From: Nemertoderma westbladi
Taxonomy: Eukaryota; Animalia; Xenacoelomorpha
DNA: 64,000 nt
Reading direction: 5' to 3'
Assembly: GCA_032718475.1 (NCBI GenBank)
Contig: JAUCBJ010001698.1
Span: 13,117 to 77,116 of the forward strand
Shown here: positions 35,830-47,345 of the stretch, piece after piece
Numbering within the stretch: position 1 is the first letter of the stretch
Layout of the letters: every line of letters begins with the position of its first letter
The notes under the pieces: model-generated
Told to the model about the DNA's origin: nothing
The model's database searches: none
What the model saw: only the letters and a program-made list of their open reading frames with translations
Made by a program: the position numbers and the translations under genes

Positions 35830-36480
35830 TTTATATTTATATTTGTGTTTATTCCGAACTTAAGCAATTTGTATTGTTCCGAATTTATGAAATTTAGAAA
35901 GTTTATATTTAGAAGGAACTTATATTTGAAAGATTTATGTTTCATATTTGAGATGCAAAGGAGTTTATATTATTCTAAACTTATGCAGTTTATATTTATA
36001 TTTAGTAAGACTTATATTTGTAAGAATTTATATTTGTGATTATTCCGAACTTATGCAATTTATATTATTCCGAACTTATGCAATTTATATTGTTCCGAAT
36101 ATTATGCAATTTATATTTTATAAGCAGTATTTGTATTTACAGTGAAATAGAAAGTAAGAGTAGATGGAAGACTCGTGGGCCTTTCTTATAGTTTCATTTG
36201 TAAAGTGTTATATTTTGTATTTAGAAAGTTTTATAGTCAGAAAGTTTTGTGCTTAGAAAGACTCATATTTGTAATTATTCCGAACTTATGCAATCTACAT
36301 TTAGGCACGAAAGTGTTTGTAATTATTTGAATTTATGCAATATTTGAGATGCAATAGTAGATGGAAGACTCGCGAGCCTTTCTTATTGTTTTCATTTATT
36401 TGTATTTGTAATTGTTTGAATTTATGCAATATTGAGATGCAATAGATTTATATTGGTGAATTTAATTTAGATTTATATTG
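35830..36480 (+). repeat. AT-rich repetitive 3' UTR of element B
   Basis: Many variants of ATTCCGAACTTATGCAATTTATATT. Confidence 0.75.
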
Positions 36481-36677
36481 TACTTACTTAGTAAAGCCTT
36501 AAATACGTAAAGTTTGAATTTGTAATTATTTTTGTATCGAATCATTACGTAGAAAGGAAGTATTGTTTGAAATTTAATTGTAAATATGTAAGTACGCCCT
36601 AAGTATTCTATAGTTTGATTGATTATTGGTGAAAACCGTATATTTATGCACGATAATATCCTGTTTTCATGGAGCGG

Positions 36678-38618
36678 TATAGAATTATATTCTCTAAATG
36701 CCGTGGATTTTCAAAATTTTATTTTATTCGAATTAACTTTGTAAAAGATTGCTTTGAATCCTCATTTGTATTTGTTATATCTATTGTACGCCTATCGGTC
36801 AAGTGGTTCAGTAGCTCAGTCGGTAGAGCGTTGGAAATTATATGTGTAGTAGGTATTGAGTTCGAATCCTAGTAAGTGCGAATTATTTTTTGTGCAGAAT
36901 TTCAACTCATTTAAATTAACCGCTACAAATTAATTGCATTTGTCTGTACCAATGAGACTGTAGTTATTTGATTGTAACCAATGTCGTGCAAGTTATATAT
37001 TAGCTGGACCAATAGCTATCTTTAAAACCCTGTTAGAACCTATAGAACAATCGAGAATTTTCTCGATTGATTGCAGCACAAATTTGCTATATAAAGGTGC
37101 GATTTGTTCATTAGTTATTCAATCTTCAATCTTATACATCTCAGTATTTACATTCATTATCTCAGTGCATTCTATCTATATCTTTCTGATCTTATTAGTT
37201 ATTATCTTATCTGTTTGATTTTGTAATAAAAGTTAGAAATACTTGTCAATCTCAGCCCTTTTCTATCTGTTTTACCATGATTCACTACGGTGAACAAACC
37301 TAAGGGACAGGATGGCCGGCTAGAGATCGGGCCGCAGCAATGAACGGGAACATCGGGGGAATGTAGACGAGAGACAACCCGCAATACCATCTTGAGTTAT
37401 TCGCCCATCGCCTGAAAGGTTAGACAGCGTTCGACGCCTTGCTACCTAAGTATAAGACCAAAAGATCATAAGGTAGAAGTAGTGGCACGCTGTGAGCCTA
37501 AAATTACATCTTAGGGACTGTACTGTCTTGATTCAGGAAAAAACCACAGTAGACCTTCATATTCCTACGGGGGGGGAGAGCGCAGGCAGATACTAGTACG
37601 CAGATAGGACGTAGGCACACCGGTACGAAGCATACAAATTGGTAGGGTGCAGCAAACTGTACGCCTAACTCTTGCTAAGTACAGGTGTGTGTGCGACTAT
37701 TTGTAGTACGACAGTGTCCATTGCATTAGAACTTGTAGGCTAGGGGGGTTGCTGTGTTTTCACCTGAATTGGGATTGTACCGTTCAGGCGGTAGGGCAGT
37801 TTACAGCTAGGCGCAAATAAATTGAGGCTATTAGGGATACTAACATCTACCGTGTCCCCGCCAACGCCCAAATAGGAAGTTACCCGGACTACCTGGGTGA
37901 CTAAAATTCTAGATAGGAGCCAGGATAGCTATTAGTAACTGTACGCCTACAGTAGTAAACTAACACATCTCTTCTTAGTATCAGGGACCTGGTACCTAAA
38001 ATTGCCGAATTCTGGGCGTAGCATTAACCTTATGCCTGAATTTGAGTCCTGGAAATACGCAAGAGGGGAAGGAACCTTATCATTCGTGAGTATTGGACCT
38101 ACAAGTTACAAAATTAGAATATTCGTAAAATGCACACCGTACCCAGTAATTATATATGTGAAGGAGCAAAACTGTCTTTGACCGTTCAGAATTAACACAC
38201 GCGCGTTAGAAATTATTTACACCTCAAAATATATAAAATTAACTTTCGTCCGTACTGTGCTTTGCCCGCTAGTTAGACATCTCCAAATCTCTGCCTGTGT
38301 ACCTAGCTAGCGTCCTTTCGCCCAACCATATAAATCACACCGCGGCAAAGTGTACGAGCCTCTTAGTCCGTCAGTGAGTCAGCCTGATTTTAGGATTCGC
38401 TGCGCGGGATTTTGTTTCACCGAAGTTTGTCTGCTCGTAGACTGTTTTCTGCCTCACCGGTTATAAGAGATCAATACTGCAATATATTCGCTTACTTAGT
38501 TTACTGTTTTGGTGAGAAGGTCGGATTTATGATTTGATTCACAAACTTTACAGTAGGATATTGCAGGTATTGTTACCGTCTCTTCCATATAGTAGGAATA
38601 GGCGTATCTCTTCCAATA
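36678..38618 (+). repeat. 3' LTR of element B (1941 bp)
   Basis: Direct repeat of 19831-21774, preceded by the PPT and followed by TSD ATGTT. Confidence 0.97.
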
Positions 38619-38623
38619 ATGTT

Positions 38624-38900
38624 TGATTATCAAATTTGTGCTACTTGTAGTTTTCGTGCCGCGCATTGGCATTTATACAAAAATGCCCCAATCAACAAGG
38701 TACGATTTATTTCAGTGTCATATTCGTGATCAGCATCTAAGTAATATATGGTCATGAAATCAATTTGATTTTGTGGAGATTTTTCGCTATCATATTTGCA
38801 CTACTTGTTTTTTTCGTGCCCCCCAGAGGGCACATTCAAAATTACCAAAAATTTTCTCGTATTTGAGTTCTATAATCGTGATCAGTGTGCCAGATCTTCT
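38624..38900. mobile_element. Right part of the repeat element split by B
   Basis: TGTCATATTCGTGATCAGC and CTACTTGT..TTTCGTGCC units continue those of 19183-19830; no clear terminal repeat. Confidence 0.5.
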
Positions 38901-39006
38901 TTCTCATTTTTTTGTAGCTAGTTTTAGTCGCTTCCATTTACTTTCTAGAATATCAGATATTATATATTATATTATACATTGAACAAATGACAATATATCC
39001 AGACCT

Positions 39007-39525
39007 ACACGTGTAGCCACACCCCCACCTACGCGTACACCTTCATATACACGTGTAGGCCAGACCCCCACCTACGCGTACACCTTCACATACACGTGTA
39101 GGCCACACCCCCACCTACGCGTACACCTTCACATACACGTGTAGGCCACACCCCCACCTACGCGTACACCTTCACATACACGTGTAGGCCACACCCCCAC
39201 CTACGCGTACACCTTCACATACACGTGTAGGCCACACCCCCACCTACGCGTACACCTTCACATACACGTGTAGGCCACACCCCCACCTACGCGTACACCT
39301 TCACATACACGTGTAGGCCACACCCCCACCTACACGTACACCTTCACATACACGTGTAGGCCAGACCCCCACCTACGCGTACACCTTCACATACACGTGT
39401 AGGCCACACCCCCACCTACGCGTACACCTTCACATACACGTGTAGGCCAGACCCCCACCTACGCGTACACCTTCACATACACGTGTAGGCCACACCCCCA
39501 CCTACGCGTATACCTTCACATACAC
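39007..39525. repeat. 43-bp minisatellite, ~12 copies, intronic
   Basis: Unit TACACGTGTAGGCCACACCCCCACCTACGCGTACACCTTCACA, head-to-tail. Confidence 0.95.
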
Positions 39526-39591
39526 AATACTAATACACATACGTTATGTGAACATACCTTTAGTCTGACAATTATTTCTATTTTATTTTAG

Positions 39592-39729
39592 GTACGATTG
39601 GGAAACATGGGTACTGAAGAAAGTGAGATTTACCACTGGGCTAAAATTGTCAACTTTGCAGGTCAGCCAATCACAGAATGGCACGCCCTGATGGAACCAG
39701 AAACTGATTTCCATTTACAAGAGTTATAG
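39592..39729 (+). CDS. Terminal coding exon of the synaptotagmin-like C2 gene
   Basis: Acceptor ttttag|; VRLGNMGTEESEIYHWAKIVNFAGQPITEWHALMEPETDFHLQEL*; the HW...PI..WH.L C2B ending; phase 0 matches the exon ending at 18883. Confidence 0.85.
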   Translation, partial: VRLGNMGTEESEIYHWAKIVNFAGQPITEWHALMEPETDFHLQEL

Positions 39730-39874
39730 TAGTTTGAAGTCGATACCTATTATTGCTTCAACAGATCAAATCAAATCTAATTATACCAAATCCTAATCTA
39801 CGCAATTATATCATATAAGATGTAACAAAAGCTGTGTTACAATTGCATATTCTCTAATATATAACATAATTTAC

Positions 39875-42255
39875 TAGGGGTGTGCCGGATATCCGGCCGG
39901 CGGGCCGGAATTCCGGCCGGATTTTGAGAAAAAAATCTGGTTCCGGCTCCGGCCGGATTTCAATTCTTTGGCCGGATTTCAATTTCAACGAATTGTTGAC
40001 AAAATGAACAATTAATGTAAATTTAACAAAAAAACATCAAAATAAATTTTCTTTTAAACAAAATTTTATAACCAAATTTTAACAAATAAACAAATTTTTA
40101 TTTAAACATAAGCAACTACAATCCAATACAAAACAATTATTTTCATAGTTTGTATCATATTCATTCATATCATAAATATGATAAAGACTAAAGCAGAGTT
40201 ATCATTTTATGATCATCTACATGCTGAGCTGACTGACTACTTTTTACCAAGAATATTTGTATTTGGTTGGACTCAGCCCCACTAACACTTAATATATAAT
40301 AAATAGTACATGTAGGCCTATGCCCATATACTAATCATAACTACTCAATAATTATTATATTGTCCCAGCGCACAAGCTTTGATGTTTGGTCTAGCTAGGG
40401 CTAGGTAGGTTTGTTATAAATTGAGATTAAGCTTACCGCCGTGAATGACCTGTTTATATATTCGACAGGCAATTTAGAAACTCTTAGTAAATCCAATTTA
40501 ACTTAGAAAATATAAAAAAAACTACAGCTACTGTATTACTTCGTTCTATTTTTCAATTTGCCATTTATTTATCAAATCAATCCATTATATCAAATCTGCG
40601 TAGGTTATGGTACAAAAACATTAGTTTCTCTCCACGATCCGGAAGTAGACGAGAGCGTTCTCATCAAATACATTACCAGCCTCTACAAACATTCCCTCGG
40701 AATAAATTGAAGACGCTGGTGATACTAAATATACACGTTCGTGGGGCCTTCGCGCAACACGAGGCCCAGTTATGAGATACAAATTAATATCGAGCGACTG
40801 TATCACAAAATCAGTATTTAACTTTATAAATTAGTAAAATTTAGAAATTTAACCACACCGCCAATCAATCAAAAAAAGAGGGACAGTACGTGTTCAGCCC
40901 TTTAAATCTGCACCCCCACCCCACCCCACCCCACCCCACCCCCCCCCCCCCCCCACCCTTCCCACCCACCAATACATAACCGCGACATCTACCACCCACG
41001 GAAGGTAGCACGAACTTATTTCCAATCGCACGTTCAATATGCGAAGCCAGGTGGTTTATAGGAATATAATCTACGCAGTACTAAATACAGTCGATGCAGT
41101 AATGAATGATATTCAAATAATTTATTTAATATACTGTTAATGCCTCTGAAAACTTAGACAATTAAAATACACAGAAATCCCATCAAAAAATAATAAGCAT
41201 AATATTTTGAGAAATAAACAATTTTGGATATAAGCCTTCTGCAGTGGTAATCTTATTGACTGACAATCATTAAATGAGATCTGTCTATTACCTGAGACTA
41301 AAGAACACAGACTCTATAGTGTAATAGGAGGTAGGGAATGCAGGTTTCAATCTCGTTAGGTCTAGCTGGCAGCCGTGTGGCTAGTTACATACAACCCCCC
41401 TCCACTGGCATTCCCAGCAACTGGCTCCCTTACACACACATCCCCCATCTATGTACCAGCCAACTTGCAAGTTGGCCAATAAATGATCAGTATTTAATGA
41501 GAATCCATTTTTTATGCCGTTTTAATTACTTTAGATCAATTAAAGACACAATTATTAAAGCAAATCACTTGAACTAATTAAAAACTATAATAGAATGGCG
41601 TATGTGGATTACATCTGTATAATTTTTAATTATAATTATTTAAATCTTATACTGTAAAACAATTAATTTCCTTTAAAAGGCAGGTTGAAAATGGTGTTTT
41701 CACCGTAATCAACTTAATTAACTAATTAACTGCTATTATCTTAGCTTCTCGAAGGCCACACGGAAATTCTACTTGGAAAATTTCTAAACTTTTGCCAAAC
41801 AACATGTGTACCAAGTTTGGATAGATTTCATCAAAGATTGGCTGAGTTATTAACGTTTAAAATTGAACACGACAGAACGACAGAACGACAGAACGACAGA
41901 ACGACAGGTTGATTAATGGTACCACTACGCTAAGGCTCACTCACTTCGTGGCTCGCCCCACATGTACAAGTATTTGGAAATTAGGAAACGCTCTTCTCAT
42001 GCCGTTTACTGTAGTTGGGATAATTGACATACTTATCTACTTCTGAATTTATACTGTAATATTAATAAAGTCAAATTCCTTATCATGACCTTGCTGATCA
42101 TGATCCAGCACGTTATCTATCGACGCAGTCTGATTCAAGGAAAAAAGTGGTGGTATATAAAAAATCCGGCTTTGGCCGGAATTCCGGCCGGATTTATTTT
42201 AGAAATCCGGCTCCGGCCTGGCCAGTTTGAAAATAGTCAATCCGGCACATCCCTA
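39875..42255. mobile_element. hAT-like non-autonomous DNA transposon
   Basis: TIRs TAGGGGTGTGCCGGAT / ATCCGGCACATCCCTA; 8-bp TSD TAATTTAC (39867-39874, 42256-42263); subterminal CCGG-rich repeats; no transposase seen. Confidence 0.9.
40725..41962. mobile_element. Possible Helentron/DINE-1-like insertion nested in the hAT-like element
   Basis: (GACAGAAC)n microsatellite near 41870-41907, TGTACCAAGTTT block, terminal GCTCACTCACTTCGTGGCTCGCCC; boundaries approximate. Confidence 0.4.
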
Positions 42256-43181
42256 TAATTTACCATTCATAAGATGAAGCGATTCGTTTTCTCAAAATCC
42301 TAAGGAAAATACTAAAAATAGCTAATAATTGTTATTCCATAACTGTACAAATAAACGCCCGTGCAGCATATTATTATTATATAGTATTGCATGTTATTAA
42401 AGAGTACCTTGCAATATATTATTTAAATGATAAACTAATGTTTAAATATTGTGCTAAACATTAGCTGGTTATTACAGAGTATTTATATTTGTAACTACTA
42501 ATGGCTGATATAAGCTAAAAGGCATTAGGTACTACTTAATTTGGGATTATCGCCTATTTTATACAATATAATTAAAGCAATTTTCAAATGTTCATTGGGG
42601 ATTTTGTGAGAAAAATTCGTGTTCAAGACCGGATCTACAGAATGTGTTATACGTATTATAACTAGATTGTCCAGTTGAAACCCGAATATATACGAATATG
42701 TACGAATATAAACGAATGTACTGTATTTCAATTATTTGTTAATAGGGCAGGAACCCTAACAACTCACTCAGAGGTTAACATTTTAATGGAATACTACCAT
42801 TAACAGTCGTACAGTACAATGCAATGGTTATTGACTTGACATATTAAACAAAATAACAAGAGTTAATATTTTGTAACTTATTTATTATAATTATTGTTCA
42901 TGAAAATCATAAATTTTTTTTTCAGGGGGTGGGGGCGTGGGGTAGGGTTAGAGATCAACATTTTTTGACCTGCACATTATTCCAAAAAGCAAATAAGTAA
43001 AAATAATGTCCTTTATTTGAAACAGTGTGCAGTCCAACATTATGATTGGACTATATGGAATTCACAATTTTTTGAATAAATATATTTTGTGACGACCTAG
43101 CAACCAGAGCATGATTTCATTTAGTTAATTAAAATGCTACTTCTTCATTATGATTAATTAAATTTATAACCTGTTGTTTAA

Positions 43182-44614
43182 CCCTATTACCACTGGGGGG
43201 GGGGGGGGGGGGGGCGAATCGGCCCCTTCCTAGTTTATAGTTGCTGTAACTATGCAACCACATTTCGTACAGGCCCAATTTTTATTGAGCATTAGCCAAA
43301 TTTAATGCCGCATTTTTTGCAAAAAACGACGTTGCAATTGGATTTCTACTTTTCGATGTGGGTGCCACCTCAAAATTTGGTCTCCAGCAGCAAATTTTTT
43401 GAAATTTTCGAATTTTACAAATTCATTCGTGATTTAGTAATTATTTATGTTTGGGCTATTTTTATTTATTTTTATTGGTTTGGATCACTCTAATGCTCTA
43501 TATAACTATATAAGTGTAGGGGTACGTCATTTTTGGAGCACCAAAATTAGGGCGTGGCACTTTAAAATTTCAAAATTACTTTATTCGGAAAATTTACTAA
43601 AGTTTTGATTTCGAAGCATTTTTATTGGTTTTCTGGAGCGCTGAATTGATTGAAAGTAATATAGAAGCCTGAAGACGTAGGGGTTCGCCATTTTTGGAGT
43701 CCCAAAATTAGGGCGTGGCACTTCAAATTTTGAAAAATGCGAGATTCGGAAAATACACTAAAGTTTTGATTTTAAATTATTTTTATAGGTATTCTGTAGC
43801 GCTGAATCGATTGAAAGTAATATAGATGCCTCATATCCTTGGTATACGTAATTTTCGGTGCACCAAAATTAGGGCGTGGCACTTCAAATTTTCAAAATTA
43901 CTTTATTCGGAAAAAACACTAAAGTTTTGATTACAAAAAATGGCTAACCTCTAAGTCTTCAGGCTCCTATATTACTTTCAATCGATTCAGCGGTCTAGAA
44001 AACCTATATAAATGCGTTAAAATTTCAATTTTGGTTTATTTTCCGAATCTCGTATTTTTCAAAATTTCAAGTGCCACGCCCTAATTTTGGTGCACCAAAA
44101 ATGGCGAACCACTAAGTCTTCAGGCTTCTATATTACTTTCAATCGATTCAGCGGCCCAGAAAACCTATAAAGATGCGTTGAAATAAAAAAATTAGGGGCA
44201 TTTTCTGAACATCTAATTTTTCAAAATTTTAAGTGCCACGCCCACTTCTTAGGTGCACGAAAAATAGCATCCACTTCAATTTTTGGAAATGGAATATAAT
44301 CACATTCGATTCAGCGTCTTGAAAAACCTACTAAATCTAGCCAACACTGCCACACTATTAGTTTTTAGAAAACGAAAAATTTTGTAATTTTGTCCTGGAC
44401 TACTTTTATTTTTCATCAAAATTATGAGTCACTGCTTATGAAATTTTAACTTTTTAAGGTTTGGTAGTGTTCATCTATAGTTGTTTCACCAACAGCCCAA
44501 ATTTTGTAGGATTTCATTGGACGATTACAAAAATATAGTGGGTGGGCCGAATCGCCCCCCCCCCCCCCCCCCCCCAGTGGTGCTAATGGTCAAAACACCC
44601 CAGTGGTAATAGGG
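43182..44614. mobile_element. piggyBac-like MITE
   Basis: TTAA on both sides; TIR CCCTATTACCACTGGGG / CCCCAGTGGTAATAGGG; internal ~160-bp direct and inverted repeats with CCAAAATTAGGGCGTGGCACTT. Confidence 0.9.
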
Positions 44615-46532
44615 TTAACAATCAGAAAATCAGCTTGGTCGATTATGTGAAAACGTCTGCTGGGATATACTGTAGCTACCAATAAGATACCCGTATTTTC
44701 GCTATGGTGGTTTTCCTGGTCGTTGAATGCATTTCCGATGTCAGATGTTACATTTTTTATGGTTTCCAAACTGTCTGTTTGCCTGGCCTGGTGTCGGTTA
44801 TATTTTGACGGACAGACCGACGGGCAAATGACACGAATAAGTCAAATTTGAAAACTGATAACCTGAAAATATGATAACCGATCATAACCAGATGTTGTAC
44901 TTTCTATTATTTGGACCGACATACCAAAGGAATATTATAAATTTTAATAACAAGTTTTTGCACTGATAATAAAGTGTATGCAAATTCGGTTACATAATAT
45001 GGCCTGCTATAATGCCGATGTCCACGACTTTTCTATGTAACGCCAAGCCAACAGTGTCAATTTATTCGAAAACTACAATATCTGTTTGATATACTGCTGT
45101 AATTTCGTGTCTAAAGAATAACCCAAACTCGTATGGTAGCAGAGTAAATCGAAAAAGCCGGGTTTGTAAAGAACAATGGTCCACCGTTGTAATGCTATAA
45201 AAATGATTGGAACTATTTTATAAGAGCAGATCGCTTGGTTTCGTATCATCTGAATCGTTGGTAAATTCGCTATTGGAATATTAACTTTATAATATAATAC
45301 TTTGTCAGCCGCAGCAGTTTATTTAAAAAGTAACCACACAATTGTGTCCACCTTGCAGTAATGCGTCCACCATTACTGAATGGCATTACAGCATGTGGAC
45401 TGTTCCCGATGTAGCCTACATATTATAGAGAAAGTTTGCATTATCGCACAGTACACAGTATAGTCCCCTTAAACAATAATTATCTTGCTAGCACAGATAG
45501 AGATGGTATCCCGGTAGAGAGGGATTGAGAAGCTGTTCAGGTAACCAATAGCCTATAGAGCACCTTTCCTGCAGGGTGAAGCCCGGCCTTAATAACCGCA
45601 TCATCCAATCTGCAGCTCAGGGCCAAACTTCACCCTATAGCGAGGTGCCCATTGGCTGACAACTCTATGTACCTGCAACATTATTAGCTACACGGGCCCA
45701 CTGATTGTTAATAGGATGCTAAGAACATTTACCCCCCTCACTTTCTAGTTCAACAATAATTACAGAATTTCCGATGACGGTAACTGTAAACTGTCATCTT
45801 TAATAATAGGCCCTAGCGCAATTTAATAGAGTTTCACGGTACACGGTAAAACGCAATATTCATCTATGTGAAGTATTTGCTGTCAATCTGACGTGAAATT
45901 GACGGCAAGAACTTATCTGTGAAAATTAACGGCAAAATTCAATCTGTCGTGAATTTTCACGATAAATTCCTATTGGCTATTTTTCATATTGCTTTGTGGT
46001 GGACTTAATAGTCACTATTATAGAGCTATTTACCTCCCGAACTGACTGCTGAAGCTGGTTAGTACAGTACAACAAGCACAGTGGCACATACCAAAAGCCC
46101 GGGGATATGTAATATATGTATGATATGTAATGTATGTAACATATTGTGATATGTATTGTTCTGTTCTGGCTTTATGGTCACGATATCTCAGTCTCTTACA
46201 ATACAACATACAGTATTTCACAGTTTCAGCGGTTAAAACAAATTAGTGAACTTCTTAACTCTAGATATTAATCACCTTATTTTCAGTGTAGGCCTACAAT
46301 ATAAAGTAAATAATTTTTTTACACCAGGTAAAACATGTTTGTATGAAATACATTGTGTATTTTAATTATATTTTTAATTTCAATGTCATAATTAATATTT
46401 TTTCACGAACTACATTTAAACCTCCGAATATTTCTTATATATTTGTCTCTGTTAGACTACCTACGACTACAGACAATACAGTGTACGATAACACAACACA
46501 ACGCGGTAAAGCGGCGTTGCGAGATGCCGTTG

Positions 46533-47024
46533 TCATTGGGAGCCCGCAGTTAGAACTTGGTCGAGCTGCATATCGGCGTCGTGTGTCGGTAGATCAACCA
46601 CGAGCTGTTCGTTGAATGCCAAGGCGAGCGTGTAGGGCGGATTATCCGGGAAGAGTTGCCGAGATTGGAGGATGTACCTATCGTAGAAACCTCGACCGCG
46701 ACCCAATCGCTTCCCGCCCGCGGTGAAGGCGAGTCCCGGGACCAGGATCAAATCCAAACCGCCGGTCACCAGGGCCTCCTCCCGAGATGGGTCGTCGTCC
46801 GCCGGCTGTTTAATGTTCCATCGGGTGGTCGGGAGAGCCAGATAGTCCTCCATCGAGTGGACTCGGAGCATGTCCATCGCGTCGCCGACATACCGCGGTA
46901 CGAAGCATTGTTTACCGGAATCCAAAGCGTCGGCTAGAAGAGGGATAGTGTCCACCTCCGAGTTTGGCATAGAAAGATATATAGAAATACGGTGACATTT
47001 CTTGTAAACGTCGTGAGAAATTAC
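46533..47024 (-). CDS. MTHFS: 5-formyltetrahydrofolate cyclo-ligase, exon 2
   Basis: ISIYLSMP.EVDT, CFVPRY, WNIKQP, LDLILVPGLAF...GKRLGRGRGFYDRY, HD..LD; acceptor ttttgtag at 47025. Confidence 0.95.
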   Translation of the reverse strand, partial: VISHDVYKKCHRISIYLSMPNSEVDTIPLLADALDSGKQCFVPRYVGDAMDMLRVHSMEDYLALPTTRWNIKQPADDDPSREEALVTGGLDLILVPGLAFTAGGKRLGRGRGFYDRYILQSRQLFPDNPPYTLALAFNEQLVVDLPTHDADMQLDQVLTAGSQ

Positions 47025-47240
47025 CTACAAAAATAATACAAAAAATAAAGTTTCCTTACTGCCTGACCTAATGGTACCCCTACCTACTGTATTACATAGC
47101 AGTAATACTGTTGTACTGCTGTCTGTGCTTGAGTGAACCGGAACCAACTTATACCGGTACCGGTATCCGATCCGAACATTGACTCAGACTGACCAACCTG
47201 TCTGCCGGTACAGTTAGATGAAGAAATCTACCCAACTAAC

Positions 47241-47345
47241 TTTTTTGTAAATAACACCCGATTGTCGAACTTTGTCTTTAATGTCTAACGATGATATTTT
47301 TTTCTTGATTTCTTTTCTCAAAGCGACTTTTAAATTTGCCGCCAT
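47241..47345 (-). CDS. MTHFS: 5-formyltetrahydrofolate cyclo-ligase, exon 1
   Basis: MAANLKVALRKEIKKKI...RQS...KK|gttagt; phase 0 joins exon 2 to give 198 aa. Confidence 0.9.

Larger units (their letters stand above)
19831..38618 (+). mobile_element. Element B: full-length 18.8-kb BEL/Pao LTR retrotransposon with exonuclease/zinc-knuckle ORF2
   Basis: Near-identical LTRs; 5-bp TSD ATGTT at 19826-19830 and 38619-38623; uninterrupted 2917-aa gag-pol; PPT GGAGCGG at 36671-36677. Confidence 0.97.

Noticed and set aside
39007-39525. CRISPR-like array
   Set aside because: Head-to-tail 43-bp units without unique spacers, in a eukaryotic intron; a minisatellite
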